The notes beneath the pieces were generated by a model, which was given only the letters and a program-made list of their open reading frames with translations, was not told where the DNA came from and ran no database searches. A program made the translations under genes and the position numbers. Positions 58,470 to 64,000 of a DNA stretch of 64,000 nt are shown piece by piece. The number at the start of each line of letters is the position of its first letter. The stretch's first letter is position 1. This stretch comes from Octopus vulgaris (Eukaryota). The stretch spans positions 25,668,001 through 25,732,000 of the forward strand of contig OX597826.1 of NCBI GenBank assembly GCA_951406725.2, given 5' to 3'.

Positions 58470-58796
58470 TTTGTTTTCTTCTTTCTTATTTGTGTCTCTC
58501 CTTACTAACCGTCAGCCATTTTGTATTTCTATTGTATGTCTTCATTTGCGCATGCTTATATCTCTATGTGCGTCTATGTTTATTTAGTGTGTGTATGTGG
58601 GGTGATGCCTGTAATATTTGTATCTTCTGTTTATATACGTTCATGTAATTTGTATTTTGTTTTTGTTGTTGTTGTTTTTGTTTATTCTTATTTTGTTCAT
58701 GTGTTTACATCCACTTATTATTATCATTACATATGCTTGTATGTATGTATGTATAACAACAATACTAGTAATAATAATAATAAATCGAATCGAAAA

Positions 58797-58851
<55 letters not shown>

Positions 58852-58909
58852 TTTATTTCTATTTGTTTATTTATCTGTGTATTTATTATGTTTTCGGGAT
58901 CCTCTATCG

Positions 58910-59271
58910 TCATATGTTGTGGTGTGTGCTATTGCTCCATTCTAGTTTTCTATTCAGGCTAGGTTTATTTTCTGTTGTGTGTGTAGCTTCTGTAATTTGT
59001 CTGATTGTTGCATCTGTTCTATGTGTGGACAATATTTTAATTTCTATATTGTTGATTGATCCCCCGTGTTCCTGTTCGGCGTGTTGGTACAGAATCGATG
59101 AGCTTTTACCTTCCTTGAGTTGTCTCCAATGTGTTCATTTACCCGCTCTCCTATGCTTCTTGCCGTTTCCCCTACGTATGTCATTGTCTTGTTACTGCAT
59201 CGTCCCTCTATACATTTTATACTATAGACTACAATTTTGGCTTTACAGTTTGTTTGTGGGCTAAATCTACA
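58910..59271 (-). pseudogene. Second Penelope-like GIY-YIG fragment (absent from the ORF track)
   Basis: Hand translation: NCKAKIVVYSIKC..TYVGETARSIGERVNEH/WRQL..ILYQHAEQEH..IRQITEA..NKPSLNRKLEW, with one frameshift near 59130. Confidence 0.88.
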
Positions 59272-59279
59272 TACAGTAC

Positions 59280-59380
59280 AGTACTTATCTGCACTGGGGT
59301 CGATGTAATCGACTTAATCCGTTTGTCTGTCCTCGTTTGTCCCCTCTGTGTTTAGCCCCTTGTGAGTAGTAAAGAAATAT
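59280..59380 (+). mobile_element. 3' part of SINE family B (Tx1-like tail)
   Basis: CACTGGGGTCGATGTAATCGACTTAATCC..TAAAGAAATA. Confidence 0.85.
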
Positions 59381-59637
59381 ATGTACCTACAAATTTATAC
59401 CTAAGTTTTTTTCGAAAAAAAAAAGGAGCGAAAGAAACTGATGCGTATCCTCTAAATCCAATCTATTAGCAATGCAGGGAAGATTTGTAAGATCCCAAAA
59501 TTCTCCAGTTGATATTCTTTATGTGAATAGTTGCATTCACATGGCTGTGTGCATCGAAGTTCAACCAACATTCCAACCCAACAGTATATTTACAAACACC
59601 TAGGACTCTCATAACTAAAAAATGAAGTAGAATTTAA

Positions 59638-59677
<40 letters not shown>

Positions 59678-60116
59678 ACGTATCTTCGTTATTTACTCAC
59701 TGGCAGACTTATGTATGTGAAGATATCTTTGTGTTGTGTGTGTATAAATGTCGATGTGTAGGATTCCCATTTTTGACAAGCTACAAGTATGTATTGAAAC
59801 AATTGTATCATTATAAGATCTTATTTTCCGTATGAATGAATATTGTCTCCACTTAGCGTGATGTGCATTTTAATAAGTTGCAGTCATCTCGAATTTCGAT
59901 CCAGGATTATACTAAATGCACACACTCACATACACACACACAAGTTTCTCTTTGATTGCACTTATGAAACATTTATGCTACTGAAGTTTCATAATGTTAC
60001 TCAAGTTTCATATGTATCTACGGCAAAGCCCCTCAGGGATTTCAAACCCTACGCGTATCTTCAGTCATTAGGCATTTTTCTGTATAGTTGTTCTGTATTC
60101 TTGTAATTTCGTGTGC

Positions 60117-60172
<56 letters not shown>

Positions 60173-60187
60173 ATATCTATCTATCTC

Positions 60188-60293
<106 letters not shown>

Positions 60294-60314
60294 ATATATA
60301 TATATATTTATACA

Positions 60315-60403
60315 TATATATGAATAAATGAAAGAATGGAGTCGAACGAAGGAATGTTGTTAACATCCTCGTTCGACTCCATTCTTTCATTTATTCATAT
60401 ATA
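60315..60403. repeat. Near-perfect ~88-nt hairpin
   Basis: TATATGAATAAATGAAAGAATGGAGTCGAACGA has its exact reverse complement at 60369-60401. Confidence 0.9.
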
Positions 60404-61544
60404 ACACACAAGGAAACTGAATCTCTGTATCTTTCTCGTATTATATTACATAAATAGATTATTCAAGTCTATTCAAAATATATTAACGGCTGTTCTTTGT
60501 AGTGCGTCACTCAGTGTTGGTGGTAAATATATTTATGTGTCTGTAGCTAGTATTTGCAAAATACTTTCCTGCTTATGTAGTTTTATATATGAAATTTGAA
60601 ATCATATCAAAATAGGAAGCTTATAAGAAATAGTGGGGAGTGTGAGGGTGATTGTTAACAAGGAACTTTAGAAAAACTTGCTTCAGGGGTGAGAACGATG
60701 GGAAGCCCATGGTGTATTCTATTGGTGAAGGTTATTTTGTAGGGCACTGGCCAGTTTGGTGTGGGTAGTAATTTCCACTGATTGAGTAGGAATTTATCAT
60801 AATATGGGAAACTGTTAGAGAAACCAGCTCTGCTGTTTAAATAGTTTTTAGAATTTTCATCAAGATAACCTTCTGTTCCTCAGTAACATTTCTTGGTCAT
60901 GCTTCTTTATGGCTTACTTCTTTTCAGAATTTTGCATTTGCTTTTGTATAATACGTTAAACATTTTTAATTCTGAAATGTGCTTGATGAGTGTAGTTGTT
61001 CATTTATGAGCGTATTCGAAGGATCTTGTAGAGATAAAATAGCGATGTTTAAACTTACTCTCAACCAAACTTACATATCACTTCCGTTCAGCTTCATAAG
61101 CGATTGTCACTATGCTGCATGTTTAGTTTGATAGGCATATTTACATAGGCGGCCGGTTTCGCTCTTGCTAGTCATGACAAAGTAGCAAGTGATAATGTTA
61201 TAATTTCATGCTATCATATTACGTTGTCATTCCGTGTTGTTTGGAGATCAAATATTTTGCAAAACATACACATACAAAACTAGAACGAACTAAGTGAAAT
61301 TCATCTGAACAGCCAATGGCATGCATTTTAACAATAACGATGAATAATAGTATAATAAATAGCATGAATAAACCATTTTTATTTATTGCCTGCGGGCGAA
61401 TGCACTAAATTTTGAGTGAGAAGGAGAGATATTTGAGAACTAAGGATTCCCTGAAATTGACATGTCATTCAGGAACACCTAATAGGTTTTTGTTTTTTTA
61501 ATTTCCTAGCTATATTTTTTATTCATGCAGTGCGATACAGTTAT

Positions 61545-61788
61545 TCTTTATTCTTTTAGTCTTTTACATGCGCCAGTCATTTGACTGTGGCCATGTTGGA
61601 GCACTATCTTAGGAGTTTTAGTCGAAGAAATCGACCTCAGGACTTACTCTTTGTAAGCCTTGTGCTTATTCTATCGGTTCCTTTTGTCGAACCCTTAAGT
61701 TACGGGGAAGTAAACACACAAACATCGGTTGTGAAACGATAGCGGGGGGGGGGGGGGCACATACACACACACATACACAAATACGTAC

Positions 61789-61831
<43 letters not shown>

Positions 61832-61972
61832 TACTGGCTTTGGTTTCCGTCAACCAAATCCACTCACAAGGCTTTAGTCGACCCGAGGCTATAGTAGAAT
61901 ATGTTTACCTAAGGTGCCACGCAGTGGGACTGAACCTGGAACCATGTGGTTGGGAACCAAGCGTCTTGCCAC
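61545..61972 (-). mobile_element. SINE family A
   Basis: Reverse-complement match to 24851-25302. Confidence 0.85.
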
Positions 61973-63381
61973 AAATGTGCTTTTTTTAGTATTTCATCTT
62001 GTGAGATGAATTTAATATGCGGAAACTGCACAGATTCTCATCATACGCGCGCGCGCACACATACACACACACGCAAACTCCTTTCTTGTACGTCCATGTA
62101 TGTGTGTTTGTGTAAAGGTGCTCTTCCGTTTGCTCTGCATGCAACTGGTGATGTCTATACTGCCATTTTGTGTCTCGTAACTTAGCGGTTTGACAAATGT
62201 ATTTCGATAGAATACTTATCAGATTCGAATAAGTACATCGACAAAATTCATCATGTAATGAAAGGCAATGCTACAGTATGGCCATAGTCTAATAATGAAA
62301 ACCAATTAAAGAATAAAAGATTATGTAATTCTGTATGCGTGTTCGAGAGTATTATTTTATACGGACAGACGTACACACACACGCGCGCGCATACACACAC
62401 ACACACACGCACACACTCACGCACACACACGCACACACATACACCTTGAAGTTTTCGCCTACAATTTTCTAGAGGCAGGGTGTTCAGGCTTTTGTGCGCG
62501 TGTGTATATGTATGTGTGAGTGTTTGTGCATGATTATGTGTCCTTGTGTGCGTGTGTGTGTGTGTGTGCGTGCGTGTGTGCGTGCGTGCGTGCATGTGTG
62601 TGTGTGTGTTTTTGTGTGTGTATTCTCGATTGCGTGCGCACATTTCTGAAGCGAAGCTATCAACTTACAAACAATCCAGTGCTAATGGGGATTGTTATCT
62701 TCTGGTTATTATTATCTGAACGTGTTCTTAAACCATAAAACGAATACAATGCCACCCACCAACCATAGCTAATGACATCGATCTTCTCTATCATTTATTT
62801 ATTCATTTATTTACTTATTTCTTTCTTTATTTATTCGCTGCGGAGCTACACGCTACTTTGTCGTGTTTCAAGTATCTTATGAATAATCCTCACTCGTTCT
62901 TGCATTGTTTCATTTAGTAGACAGTATGAACTGTATGTGAAATAAATTGGAGAACATTAAGAGAATTGCCAGTGTTTTTAACACTTCTTCCGCTCTTATG
63001 TCAGACATATTTGATGGAGATACTTTCAGGATGAGATCAGCTTTTGGTTGATCACGTTCCTCACCAATTCATTGATTTGTTATAATTCGATTTCTTTCGT
63101 TATAATTAAGTATAATTCGACAAATAATAGTTATTAAATAATAATGCTTTGTTTATATTTTCTTATATAGACGTTTTTATTGTCACTGATATTGTTTTGT
63201 GGTAAGCTAAGTCATGATCAAGGAGATTTTTGGTTAAAAGAATTCCAGTTTGACCATCTCATCGTCTTCGAGTAGATTATTTCATTTTTTTTTATACCTT
63301 ACTTTTTTAAGACATTAGAGTGTGCGACTTGAAATAATTTTGGCTGCTAATTCTAGTAAGCCAAACGAGTTCCCTGATAGT

Positions 63382-63728
63382 TCTTTTACTCTTTTACTTG
63401 TTTCAGTCATTTGATTGTGGCCATTCTGGAGCACATCCTTTAGTCGAGCAAATCGACCCCAGGACTTATTCTTTGTAAAGCCTAGTACTTATTCTATCGG
63501 TCTCTTTTGCCGAACCGCTAAGTTACAGGGACGTAAACACACCAGCATCGGTTGTCAAGTGATGTTGGGGGGACAAACACAGACACACGCGCGCGCACAC
63601 ACACACACGCGCACCCCCCACACACATATAAATATATATATACATATATACTACGAGCTTCTTTCAGTTTCCGTCTACCAAATCCACTCACAAGGCTTTG
63701 GTCGGCCCGAGCCTATAGTAGAAGACTA
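63382..63728 (-). mobile_element. SINE family A, 5'-truncated
   Basis: Tail, body and internal microsatellite are present; the head is missing. Confidence 0.87.
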
Positions 63729-64000
63729 TAGTAGAAGCACTGCTGATCAAATAGATATAATGGTCAATGATAAGTTAATTGAGTGTCAGTCAGTACTGAT
63801 GAAACAGGTCTATGATCAATAACATGGTCGAACCGATCAAACAGTCAACACAGATCAAACGGATGTGTGATAGTATTTGAGCCTCAGTCAATCAAATATG
63901 CTATCAATGACGTTGTCGATGAGCCTCAATCAGCACTGATCAGGTAGATCTGTGATCTATGATACTGTTGAGCATCAATCAGAAATAATTAAAGAGGTCT

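Noticed and set aside
60640-60900. Possible Penelope RT relic on the minus strand (TMGFP)
   Set aside because: Only one weak motif with multiple stops; not supportable without a profile search.

Overview
Repeat-saturated, AT-rich animal genomic DNA. It is most likely intronic or intergenic octopus/cephalopod sequence; this is an inference from the tRNA-headed SINEs with internal microsatellites and the extreme (TA)n/(TG)n/(TATG)n/(TATC)n load. No host gene can be identified with confidence, and almost all ORFs in the track are microsatellite or SINE artefacts. Real coding content is all transposon-derived: (1) an L1/Tx1-clade LINE with a complete APE-RT-CCHC ORF2 broken only by three 1-bp homopolymer frameshifts, sitting in a (TATC)n tract with a second 3' copy next to it, plus three older relics; (2) a 5'-truncated CR1/L2-group LINE nested in an R4/Dong endonuclease relic; (3) RTE and R4/Dong fragments; (4) two Penelope GIY-YIG fragments; (5) a DD41D Tc1/mariner deletion derivative, MITEs and a Helentron-type HINE; (6) about 30 SINE copies from four families. 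Main hunting results: apparent (TATC)n targeting by the Tx1 family; SINE 3' tails matching the 3' ends of LINEs present in the window (Tx1 and CR1/L2-group), with tail swapping; and a cluster of hammerhead-ribozyme motifs, two with an intact catalytic core, in Penelope-like inverted/direct repeats that insert into (TA)n tracts.
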